From positions 1,300 through 65,299 of the forward strand of contig VBLC01000037.1 in NCBI GenBank assembly GCA_005879315.1: a DNA stretch of 64,000 nucleotides, written 5' to 3'. Both the position numbers and the translations under genes were made by a program. Shown here piece by piece: positions 39,264 through 48,065 of the stretch. Within the stretch, counting starts at the first letter, position 1; the number at the start of each line of letters is the position of its first letter. Under the pieces are notes generated by a model, which saw only the letters and a list, made by a program, of their open reading frames with translations, had not been told where the DNA came from and ran no database searches. Source of the stretch: Deltaproteobacteria bacterium (lineage in GTDB: Bacteria; Myxococcota; Myxococcia; Myxococcales; 40CM-4-68-19).

Positions 39264-39536
39264 TTACTTGGCGCGGACCTCGACGACCAGGAGCGTGCTG
39301 CCCTGCACGGTGTAGAAGAACGACCAACCCCTCACCACCAGGCAGAGCCGGCTGATGCGCACCGACTCCCAGAACGGGCTGGTCTCGGGAATCCCTTCCA
39401 GCCCTTCGGCGATCTCTGCGAAGCGCTTGCGAGCCTCGAGGTGGATTTTCTCCGGCGCCGCCAACGCCGCAGGCGAAAACTCGATGTGTCGAGTCAATGC
39501 GGCTCCTGGGACTGGGGACAAACAAAATACAACCAT
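39264..39536 (-). CDS. small RelE/ParE-like paralog A
   Basis: ATG 39536 lies in an AT-rich stretch. TTG 39497 follows AGGAG and would give 77 aa. TRHIEFSPAAL...SPFWESVRISRLCLVVRGWSFFYTVQGSTLLVVEVRAK. Confidence 0.55.
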   Translation of the reverse strand: MVVFCLSPVPGAALTRHIEFSPAALAAPEKIHLEARKRFAEIAEGLEGIPETSPFWESVRISRLCLVVRGWSFFYTVQGSTLLVVEVRAK

Positions 39537-39542
39537 GCAACA

Positions 39543-39561
39543 CCGCGCCTACAAGGCGCGG
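39543..39561 (-). terminator. possible rpsI terminator or attenuator hairpin
   Basis: On the minus strand, CCGCGCC-TTGTA-GGCGCGG followed by the T-rich GTGTTGCATGGTTGTATTTTGTTTG. The U-tract is not contiguous with the stem. Confidence 0.3.
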
Positions 39562-39659
39562 GAAGGCGCGGGACCGGCATGCAGGGAGAATCTTCCACAC
39601 ACGAGCGGCACAGCCGCGGCTCGCCCGTCAGAAGAAAGTCGAAGGCCCCGCCCGGTCGT

Positions 39660-40055
39660 CTAGCGTTTGCTGAACTGGAAGCGCTTGCGCGCTCCGGGCC
39701 GGCCGTACTTCTTGCGCTCCACTGCGCGCGCGTCGCGGGTGAGGAAGCCCGCCTTCTTCAGCGGCGGACGGAAGTCGGGATTGAGCTTGGTGAGCGCGCG
39801 GCTGATCCCGTGGCGGATCGCGCCGGCCTGACCGGAGAGACCGCCGCCGCTGACATTCACGTCGATGTCCACCTTGCCCACCTGCTCGACGATTTCCAAC
39901 GGCTGCTTGAGGATCATCTTGCTGGTCTCGCGGCCGAAGTACTCATCGAGCGTCCGCTGGTTGACGGTGAATCCGCCGTTGCCCGGCTTCATGCGCACGC
40001 GCGCGATCGATTCCTTGCGGCGTCCGGTAGCGGTGACGAGCAGTTCCTTGGCCAT
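39660..40055 (-). CDS. rpsI: 30S ribosomal protein S9
   Basis: [12 protein letters not shown]...[19 protein letters not shown]...[12 protein letters not shown]...KRFQFSKR. Confidence 0.95.
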   Translation of the reverse strand: MAKELLVTATGRRKESIARVRMKPGNGGFTVNQRTLDEYFGRETSKMILKQPLEIVEQVGKVDIDVNVSGGGLSGQAGAIRHGISRALTKLNPDFRPPLKKAGFLTRDARAVERKKYGRPGARKRFQFSKR

Positions 40056-40058
40056 GAA

Positions 40059-40529
40059 TCATCCCTCGGCGTGGGCGCGACCCGCGCCGCCGTGATCGGC
40101 CGCTTCCATCGCGACCGGCTTCTGCGCGGCGTGCGGGTGCTTGTCGCCGGCGTAGATCTTGAGCTTCTTCATCAGGGCGCGTCCGAGGATGGTGCGCGGG
40201 AGCATCCGGCGCACGGCGTCCTCGACGAGGCGGGTAGGGTGGCGCGCGACGGCCTCGGCGGCGGTGAACTCTTTCAGCCCGCCGGGGAACATGGTGTGGT
40301 GGATGTACTTCTTGTCCGACCACTTCTTGCCGGTCAGGCGGACCTTCTCGGCGTTGATGACCACGACGAAATCGCCGCAGTCGTCGTGCGGGGTGAAAGT
40401 GGGCTTGTGCTTGCCGCGCAGGACGCTGGCGATGGTGGAGGCGATGCGCCCCAGCACCTTGTCCTTGACGTCGATGACCACCCAGTTGCGCTGGACGGTT
40501 CGCTTGCTGCCCATCACCGTCTTCATCAC
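40059..40529 (-). CDS. rplM: 50S ribosomal protein L13
   Basis: RNWVVIDVKDKVLGRIASTIASVLRGKHKPTFTPH...VVVINAEKVRLTGKK. Confidence 0.95.
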   Translation of the reverse strand: MMKTVMGSKRTVQRNWVVIDVKDKVLGRIASTIASVLRGKHKPTFTPHDDCGDFVVVINAEKVRLTGKKWSDKKYIHHTMFPGGLKEFTAAEAVARHPTRLVEDAVRRMLPRTILGRALMKKLKIYAGDKHPHAAQKPVAMEAADHGGAGRAHAEG

Positions 40530-40558
40530 ATGCTCCGAGAAGAGAAAGGCGCGCGTAT

Positions 40559-41416
40559 CTACTGGATTCGACGGGGGGTGTCAACAGCGGGCGCGCTCGC
40601 CTGGACGAGCAGGGCCACCCCTTCGACCGCTCGGCCACCGATCGCTTCGCGCAGCTCCTGCTCGAGCTGCGGCCGCAGGCGCTCGCCCTCCGGTCCCGCT
40701 TCCCGCAGCGCCGCCGCCGCCACGCCTGTCTGCAAGAGGACCGAGACATCGGCGGCAAAAGGCAGGCGCAGCGGCGCGACGTCTGCTCGCACGAAGCCAG
40801 CGCCGGCGAGGAGCCGTGCGAGCGCGGCGCGGTCGGAAAGGCCGAAAGGGCCCGGGCCGCGTCCCGGCTCGCGCACCGGCATGTGGCGCCGGAGGACTTG
40901 CATCGGCAGCCCCGACCATTCGTTGTCCTCGGGCGGGCCCCAGACGACCGCCGCCAGACGTCCGCTCGGCCGCAGCGCCGAGCGCAGGTTGGCGAAGGCA
41001 GCGGCGGGGTCCTCGAAGAACATCAGCCCGAAGCGCGAGTAGATGCCATCGAACCGTTCTTCGAAGCGGTGGGTCTGCGCGTCTGCGAGAAGGTAGCTCG
41101 CGCCAGGCGCCGCCTCGGCGCGGGCGATCTCGAGGAACTGCTGGACGACGTCGACGCCCAGGACGTTCCCGCTGCGCCTTGCCAGCTCGGTCGTCGTCTC
41201 GCCGAAGCCGCAGCCGACGTCGAGGAGGCGCTCCCCCCGGCGCGGCGCGAGCGCGTCCATTGCGGCCTCGCCGTAAGGCGTGAGCGTGGCCGTCAGCGGA
41301 CCGCGCAGCTTGAGCCAGCGGGCCGCGTTGACCTCGTTCCAGATGCGGATCTGTTCCGCGTTGACCACGGCGCGAGCATCGCACGAGAGCTGACCTGACA
41401 GTGGGGCGATGGTCAT
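40559..41416 (-). CDS. class I SAM-dependent methyltransferase
   Basis: SAM motif I LLDVGCGFGETT and post-I/II blocks. The start is uncertain because ATG 41416 is only 9 nt from the divergent LEA_2 start. Confidence 0.8.
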   Translation of the reverse strand: MTIAPLSGQLSCDARAVVNAEQIRIWNEVNAARWLKLRGPLTATLTPYGEAAMDALAPRRGERLLDVGCGFGETTTELARRSGNVLGVDVVQQFLEIARAEAAPGASYLLADAQTHRFEERFDGIYSRFGLMFFEDPAAAFANLRSALRPSGRLAAVVWGPPEDNEWSGLPMQVLRRHMPVREPGRGPGPFGLSDRAALARLLAGAGFVRADVAPLRLPFAADVSVLLQTGVAAAALREAGPEGERLRPQLEQELREAIGGRAVEGVALLVQASAPAVDTPRRIQ

Positions 41417-41425
41417 CTTTCCGCC

Positions 41426-42265
41426 ATGCGCAAAATCCTCCTGCTCTGGCCGGCCCTCGTCGCCTGCTCCCTGGTCCAGTCGGTCGCCTCCTCGGCGGTG
41501 GAGCGCCCGCAGCTCTCCTTCAAGGAGGCGAAGCTGCCGCACATCGATTTCCAGGGAGCGGAGCTGAATCTCGTCTTCCTCGTCACCAATCCCAATCGCG
41601 TCGGCCTCGATCTGGCGCGCGCCGATTATGCGCTCGACGTCGAGGGCCATCGCGTCGTGGCGGGAGCGCCGCAGCGCGGACTGAAGATTCCCGCCGGTGG
41701 AACGGCCGAGGTGACCTTGCCCGCGACCTTCCGCTGGAACGACGTCGCCCCCGCGCTGGAGGCGATCTTCGCCAAGGACGAGATCAAGTACAAGGCGAGC
41801 GGTGTGCTCGGCCTCGACTCTCCCGGCGGTGTGGTCAGCCTGCCGCTCGAGCACGAAGGAACGTTCGCCGCCCCGAAGATGCCGAAGTTCGACGTCGGGT
41901 CCCCGCAGATCGTCTCGCTCACGCTGACCGGCGCGCGGCTCTCGCTGCCGCTCGAGATCAGCAACCTGAACGGCTTTCCCCTGCCGCTGGGGGGAATCCT
42001 CGGCAAAGTGCAGATCGCCGGAGCCGACGTGGGGCGCATCGCGATGCCCGAAGCGGGCGCGGTTCCACCCGGCCAGCGCTCGACGCTGCGCATTCCTCTC
42101 GACGTGAACTTCCTCTCCGCCGGAGCGGCGACCGCCGAGGCGATCAAGAGCGGCCTGGCGGAGGTGAAGATCGATGGGACCCTCAACGCCGCTGGAGCGA
42201 CGCTGCCCGTCAAGGTCGCGCGCACGGTGGAGCTGAAGCGTATGACCGGATCCGCCGGACCCTAG
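41426..42265 (+). CDS. LEA type 2 (WHy domain) family protein, secreted
   Basis: Signal peptide, then two repeats of the LEA_2 pattern (LVFLVTNPNRVGLDL...YALDVEGHRV; LPLEISNLNGFPLPL). Confidence 0.7.
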   Translation: MRKILLLWPALVACSLVQSVASSAVERPQLSFKEAKLPHIDFQGAELNLVFLVTNPNRVGLDLARADYALDVEGHRVVAGAPQRGLKIPAGGTAEVTLPATFRWNDVAPALEAIFAKDEIKYKASGVLGLDSPGGVVSLPLEHEGTFAAPKMPKFDVGSPQIVSLTLTGARLSLPLEISNLNGFPLPLGGILGKVQIAGADVGRIAMPEAGAVPPGQRSTLRIPLDVNFLSAGAATAEAIKSGLAEVKIDGTLNAAGATLPVKVARTVELKRMTGSAGP

Positions 42266-42280
42266 TACACACGAATGGAA

Positions 42281-42328
42281 GTTGACGTGGTCGTTGACCT
42301 GGACGGCGACGGCGACGGCGACGTGGCC
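42281..42328. repeat. hexamer-periodic intergenic array (GNNGNC)x8 including (GGCGAC)x3
   Basis: GTTGAC GTGGTC GTTGAC CTGGAC GGCGAC GGCGAC GGCGAC GTGGCC, between the convergent LEA_2 and rarA stops. Confidence 0.6.
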
Positions 42329-42344
42329 GGCAGTCGAACCGCGA

Positions 42345-43757
42345 TCACTTTTCTTTGGAAAGAGCGTCCGCAGCGCGTTCGCCGGCGGCGTGCTCCGCCT
42401 CTTCTTCTTCGCGCTTGCGGGCCAACTCTTCGCGCCACTTCTGCAGGCGGTGGCCGATCTGCGCCTCCTCGCCACTCTGCGAGGGCTGATAGTAGCGCTG
42501 GCCTCGCAGCTCGTCGGGCAGGTATTCCTCCGGGACGTAGTTGCCGGAGAAGTTGTGCGGATACCTGTACCCGCCCGAGTATCCCATGCTCTTCATCAGA
42601 GGCGTGGGCGCGTTGCGCAGCTTCAAAGGCACCGGCAGCGGGCCATGCTCCGTGACCGCCGCGCGCGCGCTCGAGTAGGTGGTCAGGGTCGAATTCGACT
42701 TCGGGCAGCTGGCGAGAAAGATCGCCGCCTGGGTCATCGGGAGCACACCTTCCGGCAGGCCGACCAGCTCGAAAGCGCGCAGCGCATCGCAGGCGACCCC
42801 GAGCGCGCGCGGGTCGGCGTTGCCGATGTCCTCCGCGGCGAAGATGACCATGCGGCGCAAAAGGAAGCGCGGCTCCTCGCCCGACTCGAGCATCCGCACC
42901 AGATAGTAGACGGCCGCGTCGGGATCGCTCCCGCGCAGGCTCTTGATGAAGGCGGAGATGGTGTCGTAGTGCGCGTCGCCGCTCTTGTCGTAGAGCAGCG
43001 TCTTCTGCTGCAGGGCTTCCTCGGCGTCGCGGACCTCGAGCACGTCGCGCCGCTCGGCGCGCGCGCGGGCCGCGGCCACCTCCAACGCGCTCAGCGCCCG
43101 GCGGGCGTCGCCGCTCGAGTGCTTGACGACGTGATCGAGGAATTCGGCCTGGGCGACGAACGCTCCTGCAAGGCCCCGCTCGCGGTCGCTCAGCGCCCGC
43201 TCCAGCACGACCCTCAGCTCCGCTTCCTCCAGTGGCCGCAGCGCGAAGACGCGGCAGCGCGAGAGCAGCGCGGAGATGACCTCGAACGACGGGTTCTCGG
43301 TGGTCGCGCCGATCAGCGTGATGGTCCCCTGCTCGACGTGGGGCAAGAGCGCGTCCTGCTGCGCCTTGTTGAAGCGATGGATCTCGTCGATGAAGAGCAG
43401 CGTCCGCTGCCGGTTCTCGTCGAGGCGCCTTTGCGCCTGCGCGACGGCCTCGCGGATGTCGCGGATTCCGCTCTCGACCGCGCTGATGGCGACGAGCTCG
43501 GCGCGGGTCGCCTGGGCGATGACGCGCGCGAGCGTGGTCTTGCCGGTGCCCGGGGGTCCCCAGAAGATCAGCGAGGGCACCTGGTCGGTCTCGATGGCCT
43601 CGCGCAAGAGCGTGTTCGGTCCGAGGATGTGCTGCTGCCCGACGACTTCATCGAGCGTGCGCGGGCGCATCCGTTCGGCCAGAGGGACGAGGGAGGGGTC
43701 CTTGGCGGCCGCGGCGCGGAAGAGATCGCCCGTCTGTCTGGTCGTCCCGCGCGGCAC
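42345..43757 (-). CDS. rarA: replication-associated recombination protein A (RarA/MgsA)
   Basis: Walker A GPPGTGKTT, FIDEIHRFNKAQQD, and the MgsA C-terminal domain (YDTISAFIKSLRGSDPDAAVYY). Charged C-terminal tail. Confidence 0.92.
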   Translation of the reverse strand: MPRGTTRQTGDLFRAAAAKDPSLVPLAERMRPRTLDEVVGQQHILGPNTLLREAIETDQVPSLIFWGPPGTGKTTLARVIAQATRAELVAISAVESGIRDIREAVAQAQRRLDENRQRTLLFIDEIHRFNKAQQDALLPHVEQGTITLIGATTENPSFEVISALLSRCRVFALRPLEEAELRVVLERALSDRERGLAGAFVAQAEFLDHVVKHSSGDARRALSALEVAAARARAERRDVLEVRDAEEALQQKTLLYDKSGDAHYDTISAFIKSLRGSDPDAAVYYLVRMLESGEEPRFLLRRMVIFAAEDIGNADPRALGVACDALRAFELVGLPEGVLPMTQAAIFLASCPKSNSTLTTYSSARAAVTEHGPLPVPLKLRNAPTPLMKSMGYSGGYRYPHNFSGNYVPEEYLPDELRGQRYYQPSQSGEEAQIGHRLQKWREELARKREEEEAEHAAGERAADALSKEK

Positions 43758-43795
43758 CGGGCAAGTGTAACGCCTCTGCGGTACAGTCGCGCGCC

Positions 43796-44641
43796 GTGAC
43801 CACCGTCGGGCTCGTGCCGCGCATCGGCCGGGAAGAGGCAGCAGAGCTGGCGCGCGAGATGGTGCGATGGCTGCAGGCGCGCGGCGCCGAGGCCGTGGTC
43901 GAGGAAGAGGCGGCCGTCACCGGCGTCCCCGTCGCCCCCGGCTGCGACATCGCCGCTCGCGCAGATCTGCTCGTCGTCCTCGGCGGCGACGGCACGCTCA
44001 TCCACGCGGCAGGTCTCTGCGGCGGACGCGAGGTGCCCATCCTCGGCATCAACATGGGCACCATGGGCTTTCTCACCGAGGTGCCGCGCGACCGCGCCTT
44101 CCCCATCCTGGAGAAAGCGCTCAAAGGCGAGCTGGTCGCCTCGCGCCGGCTGATGCTCGCGGTCGAGGTTCGTCATCGCGACGAGGTGCTCCTCGCCGGA
44201 GACGTCCTCAACGACGCGGTGATCTCGAAGAATGCCGTCAGCCGGCTGGCCACGCTGGAAGTCTCGGTCGACGGCCGCAGCGCCACCGTCTACGAGGCGG
44301 ACGGCCTCATCGTCGCCACGCCGACGGGCTCGACCGCTTATTCGCTGAGCGCGGCGGGCCCCATCGTCCATCCCTCGCTCGACGCGATTCTCGTCACGCC
44401 CATCTGCCCGCACGCGTTGACCCAGCGGCCGCTGGTCCTGCCGCCCACCATGGCGGTGCGGGTGCGGCTTGCGAGCGCGAGCGAGATGTTCGTCACCCTC
44501 GACGGCGCGCGCGGCCGGCCGCTCGAGCTCGGCGAGGAAGTCCTCATCAAGCAGGCGCAAAAGCGGACGCTCATCCTCCGCAATCCCGACGTGGACCACT
44601 TCAGCATCCTGCGCCAGAAGCTCCGCTGGGGAACCCGCTAG
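43796..44641 (+). CDS. nadK: NAD(+) kinase
   Basis: GGDGTLIHAA, NMGTMGFLTE and ATPTGSTAYSLSAGGP-type blocks. Confidence 0.92.
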   Translation: MTTVGLVPRIGREEAAELAREMVRWLQARGAEAVVEEEAAVTGVPVAPGCDIAARADLLVVLGGDGTLIHAAGLCGGREVPILGINMGTMGFLTEVPRDRAFPILEKALKGELVASRRLMLAVEVRHRDEVLLAGDVLNDAVISKNAVSRLATLEVSVDGRSATVYEADGLIVATPTGSTAYSLSAAGPIVHPSLDAILVTPICPHALTQRPLVLPPTMAVRVRLASASEMFVTLDGARGRPLELGEEVLIKQAQKRTLILRNPDVDHFSILRQKLRWGTR

Positions 44642-44680
44642 CCGCAATCTCAGTCAGCATCTAGCCCCGCCGTTCTCCTG

Positions 44681-44799
44681 CTCGTGCTCCTTTTCGTGCT
44701 CGGCGTCGTTCGCGTTCCGTGCTCGGGGCTCGTTCGCGCGTGAGTCGTACGAACGACAACGGACACGAGGTCGACGTCGGGCACGAAACGGAGCACGAG
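44681..44799. repeat. about 120-nt imperfect palindrome built of hexamer-periodic repeats (possible bidirectional terminator or REP/MITE-like element)
   Basis: The outer arms 44681-44708 (CTCGTGCTCCTTTTCGTGCTCGGCGTCG) and 44772-44799 are reverse complements at 25 of 28 positions. Inner TCGTTCG/CGAACGA pairing flanks a central CGTACG. It lies between the convergent nadK and PilZ genes. Confidence 0.6.
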
Positions 44800-44845
44800 C
44801 CCGAGCTCGTCCGTGGACCTGCACCTCGAGAGGTCATGAGCTGCG

Positions 44846-45292
44846 CTAGGGACCGGCGTGCAGCGCCTTGACCGCGATGGCCTCGAGGAGCTCGCGGTCG
44901 CTCTGGATCAGATCGATGAACGCCACACCGATCTCCGGCGCCTTGCGCCAGACCACCTGCGCCTTGGCGAGCAGCGGCACTTCGCGCTGCGGGACCTCGA
45001 TCGAGAGATCCAGCAGGGCGCCGACAGGGATCTCCTCGTCGATCCGGATGGCGAGGCCGCCCGCGCCCACGTTGCTGGTCGCCAGGCTCATCAGCTCGTC
45101 GGGAAAGAGGATGTCCACCTCCAGCTCGGCTGGCGCGCGCAAGTGCTGGCGCCGCTCGTGCACGCCGGCGATGCTGCCGAGAAATTCCTTGACCAGCTCG
45201 CGCCAGAGCGGCCGCTGGAAGTCCATCAGCCCTTTGCCTGCGGCCAGGTCGGCCAATTCGAGGATCTGCTCGTGGCGGCGCGCGTCCAGCAC
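44846..45292 (-). CDS. PilZ domain-containing protein
   Basis: RRQHLR and NVGAGGLAI motifs, matching the RxxxR and D/NxSxxG c-di-GMP binding signature. Confidence 0.75.
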   Translation of the reverse strand: MLDARRHEQILELADLAAGKGLMDFQRPLWRELVKEFLGSIAGVHERRQHLRAPAELEVDILFPDELMSLATSNVGAGGLAIRIDEEIPVGALLDLSIEVPQREVPLLAKAQVVWRKAPEIGVAFIDLIQSDRELLEAIAVKALHAGP

Positions 45293-45339
45293 CTGCGCCA
45301 GCGTACCACTGTCAGGGGCCTCTGCTAATTTAGCGGGCC

Positions 45340-47079
45340 ATGCTGGAGCTATTGCGGGTGAGGGCCTTCGCCATCATCGACGAGCTCGAGGTGCACTTCG
45401 CTCCCGGGTTCAATGCGCTGACCGGCGAGACGGGGGCGGGGAAGACCATCCTGGTGGACGCGCTCCACCTGGTGCTCGGGGGACGCGCGCTGTCGGATTC
45501 GGTGCGCACCGGCGCGGAGGAGGCCGAAGTGCAGGCCCTCTTCCGGCCGCGCGATCCCGAGGCCTGCGATGCGCGCCTCGCGGCGCTGGGATTGCCGGCA
45601 GCCGGCGCGGAGCTGGTGGTGCGGCGGACGGTGCAGCGCGAGGGCCGCAGCCGCGCCTTCATCAACGGCGCGCTCGCCACGGCTTCCCAGCTGCAGCAGG
45701 CGACTCGCGGGCTGCTCGATATCTCCGGACAGCACGAGCACGTCGGGCTTCTCGATGCGGCGCTGCATCTCGACCTGCTCGACGCGCACGCGGCGCTCGG
45801 GCCTTTGCGCGGCGAATATGCCGCGGCCTTCGCTGCGCTCGCCGAGGCCGAGCGGGGCCGCGCGCAGCTCGACTCCGACGAGAGCGCGCGGGTGGAAAAG
45901 GCCGACTGGCTGCGCTACCAGCTCGACGAGCTGGTCAAGGCCGACCCGCAGCCGGGCGAGGACGAAAAGCTCGCTCAGGAGCGGCGCGTGCTGGCCGCGG
46001 CGGAGAAGCTGCGCGCCGGCGCTCTCGAGACGGAGGGGTTGCTCTCCGAAGCCGGAGTGGCGAAGGCGGCCCGGCGGCTCGAGGAGATGGCCGCGATCGA
46101 TCCGTCGCTGAGCGCCCTGGCGCAGTCGGTGCGCGGAGCGGCAGCCGAGATCTCGGAAGCCGCCCGCGAGCTGGGCCGCTATGCCTCGCGGACCGGCGGC
46201 GACCCGCGCCGGCTGGAGGACATCGAGGAGCGGCTCGAGGTGCTGCGCAAGCTGGCGCGCAAGCACGGCGGCTCGCTGCAGTCGGCGCTGCAGCGGCGCG
46301 AGCAGATGAAGGCGGAGCTGGCGGCGCTGGAAAACCACGATGAGGAGCTGGCCCGGCGCACCGCCGAGGTGCAGAAGCTGGCAACGAAGGCGCGCGCACT
46401 CGCCGAGCAGCTCTCGCAGAAGCGGCGCTCGGCGGCGGCGGGATTTTCCCAATCGGTCGTTGCGGAGCTGCGCGCGCTGGGCATGGCGCGCAGCGAGCTG
46501 GCGGTGCGCTTCAGCGAGGCCAGCGACGGCGCCCCGGAGGAGCCGGCTTTGCCGGCGACGGCCGCAGCGCGCAAGCGCGGAGCACTGATCGAGGGTCTGG
46601 GGCCGCGCGGTCTGGAAACCGCCGAGCTGTTGCTCTCGCCCAACCCCGGCGAGGAGCTGCGGCCGCTCGCGCGCATCGCGTCCGGCGGCGAGCTGTCGCG
46701 CGTCCTGCTTGCGGTCAAGCGCGTGCTGGCGGAGAGCGATCCGGTCGACGCCTATCTCTTCGACGAGGTCGACGCCGGTATCGGCGGCGCCACTGCCGAC
46801 GCGGTAGGGCGCGCCCTCGCCGCAGTGGCGCGCGGCAGACAGGTCATCTGCATCACCCACCTGCCGCAGATCGCCGTCTTCGCCGGCCGGCACCTGACGG
46901 TCGAGAAGGAGATCGCCAAGGGCCGCACCTTCAGCCGCATCGCAGTCGTCGAAGGAGACGATCGCGTCCGCGAGCTGGCGCGACTGCTCTCCGGCAAGCC
47001 CACCGAGGTAGCCCTCGAGCACGCCCGCGAGCTGCTCGCTTCCGCACGGGAACCGAAGCGCGCCCGGAAGGCAGGGTAA
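45340..47079 (+). CDS. recN: DNA repair protein RecN
   Basis: Walker A GETGAGKT, long coiled coil, SMC signature SGGELSR, Walker B YLFDEVD. Confidence 0.95.
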   Translation: MLELLRVRAFAIIDELEVHFAPGFNALTGETGAGKTILVDALHLVLGGRALSDSVRTGAEEAEVQALFRPRDPEACDARLAALGLPAAGAELVVRRTVQREGRSRAFINGALATASQLQQATRGLLDISGQHEHVGLLDAALHLDLLDAHAALGPLRGEYAAAFAALAEAERGRAQLDSDESARVEKADWLRYQLDELVKADPQPGEDEKLAQERRVLAAAEKLRAGALETEGLLSEAGVAKAARRLEEMAAIDPSLSALAQSVRGAAAEISEAARELGRYASRTGGDPRRLEDIEERLEVLRKLARKHGGSLQSALQRREQMKAELAALENHDEELARRTAEVQKLATKARALAEQLSQKRRSAAAGFSQSVVAELRALGMARSELAVRFSEASDGAPEEPALPATAAARKRGALIEGLGPRGLETAELLLSPNPGEELRPLARIASGGELSRVLLAVKRVLAESDPVDAYLFDEVDAGIGGATADAVGRALAAVARGRQVICITHLPQIAVFAGRHLTVEKEIAKGRTFSRIAVVEGDDRVRELARLLSGKPTEVALEHARELLASAREPKRARKAG

Positions 47080-47088
47080 GGTGCGCGC

Positions 47089-47850
47089 ATGCCCAGGTAC
47101 CGCAGCGGCGCCCGCACCGACGTGGGCAGAAAGCGCGAGCACAACGAGGACACCTTCCTGGTCAACGAGGACCTGGGCCTCTACGTCGTCTGCGACGGCA
47201 TGGGCGGCCACGCCGGCGGCGAAACCGCCAGCCGCCTCGCGGCGCAGACGATCGAGCGCGAATTGCTCTCGGCGCACCTGCGCGGCGACGATCCCTTCAA
47301 GTCGGACAAGCCGCTCGCCGAAACCGCGCTCGCCTCGGCCCTGCGCGAAGCCATCGAGGGCGCCTGCGCGGCAGTCTTTCGCACCAGCCGCGCCAATCCC
47401 GAGCTGGCGGGGATGGGCACGACCTGCATCTCTCTCTTGATCAAGGGCGAGCAGGCCGTCTTCGGCCACGTCGGCGACAGCCGCGCCTATCTCCTCCGCG
47501 AGGGCGAGATCTACCAGCTGACCGAAGACCACTCGCTGGTGAACGAGCAGATCCGCGCCGGGCTCCTGAGCCTCGAGGAGGCGCAAAAAAGCCGCCTCAA
47601 GAACGTCATCACCCGCTCGGTCGGCTTCGAAGAGGACGTGCTCGTCGATCTGATGGGCCTCGCCACCAGGGCAGCCGACAGATTCCTGCTCTGCTCCGAT
47701 GGGTTGTCGAACCGGGTCAGCGCCAACGAGATCCGCGACTTGCTCCTCAAAACCGATCTGGACGCCGCTCCCGCAAAGCTCATCGAGCTCGCCAACGCGC
47801 GCGGAGGTGACGACAACATCACGGTCATCGCCGTCCAGCGAACTGAGTAG
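47089..47850 (+). CDS. PP2C-family Ser/Thr phosphatase (Stp1-like)
   Basis: GRKREHNEDTF, VCDGMGGHAGGE, GMGTT, LLCSDGL and GGDDNITV motifs. Confidence 0.9.
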   Translation: MPRYRSGARTDVGRKREHNEDTFLVNEDLGLYVVCDGMGGHAGGETASRLAAQTIERELLSAHLRGDDPFKSDKPLAETALASALREAIEGACAAVFRTSRANPELAGMGTTCISLLIKGEQAVFGHVGDSRAYLLREGEIYQLTEDHSLVNEQIRAGLLSLEEAQKSRLKNVITRSVGFEEDVLVDLMGLATRAADRFLLCSDGLSNRVSANEIRDLLLKTDLDAAPAKLIELANARGGDDNITVIAVQRTE

Positions 47851-47898
47851 GCAGATGTGGGCAACACCGTTGGGAACGCCATTTCCCATCGGAGCGGT

Positions 47899-47926
47899 TT
47901 GACTGCAACTGCAGGTATCCGATACT
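47899..47926 (+). promoter_or_regulatory. sigma70-like promoter candidate TTGACT-16 nt-GATACT
   Basis: Sequence match in the lower-GC spacer upstream of the M23 peptidase gene. No experimental support. Confidence 0.3.
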
Positions 47927-48065
47927 GGACGGCCGCCGATTCCTTGCGGGGCGCCCGGTGAGCGCCGACACTGGAAGCAAGCGGTTGGCGCGCGCCTCGC
48001 ATCTTTCCGGGAAGCGAAGGCGCGGGCGGTGGGTTGGGCAAAGAGGTTCCCGCCTCGGAGGTTCC

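Noticed and set aside
42281-42328. Possible CRISPR or minisatellite
   Set aside because: There are only eight 6-nt units, with no repeat-spacer architecture and no cas genes. It is better described as a hexamer-periodic intergenic element.
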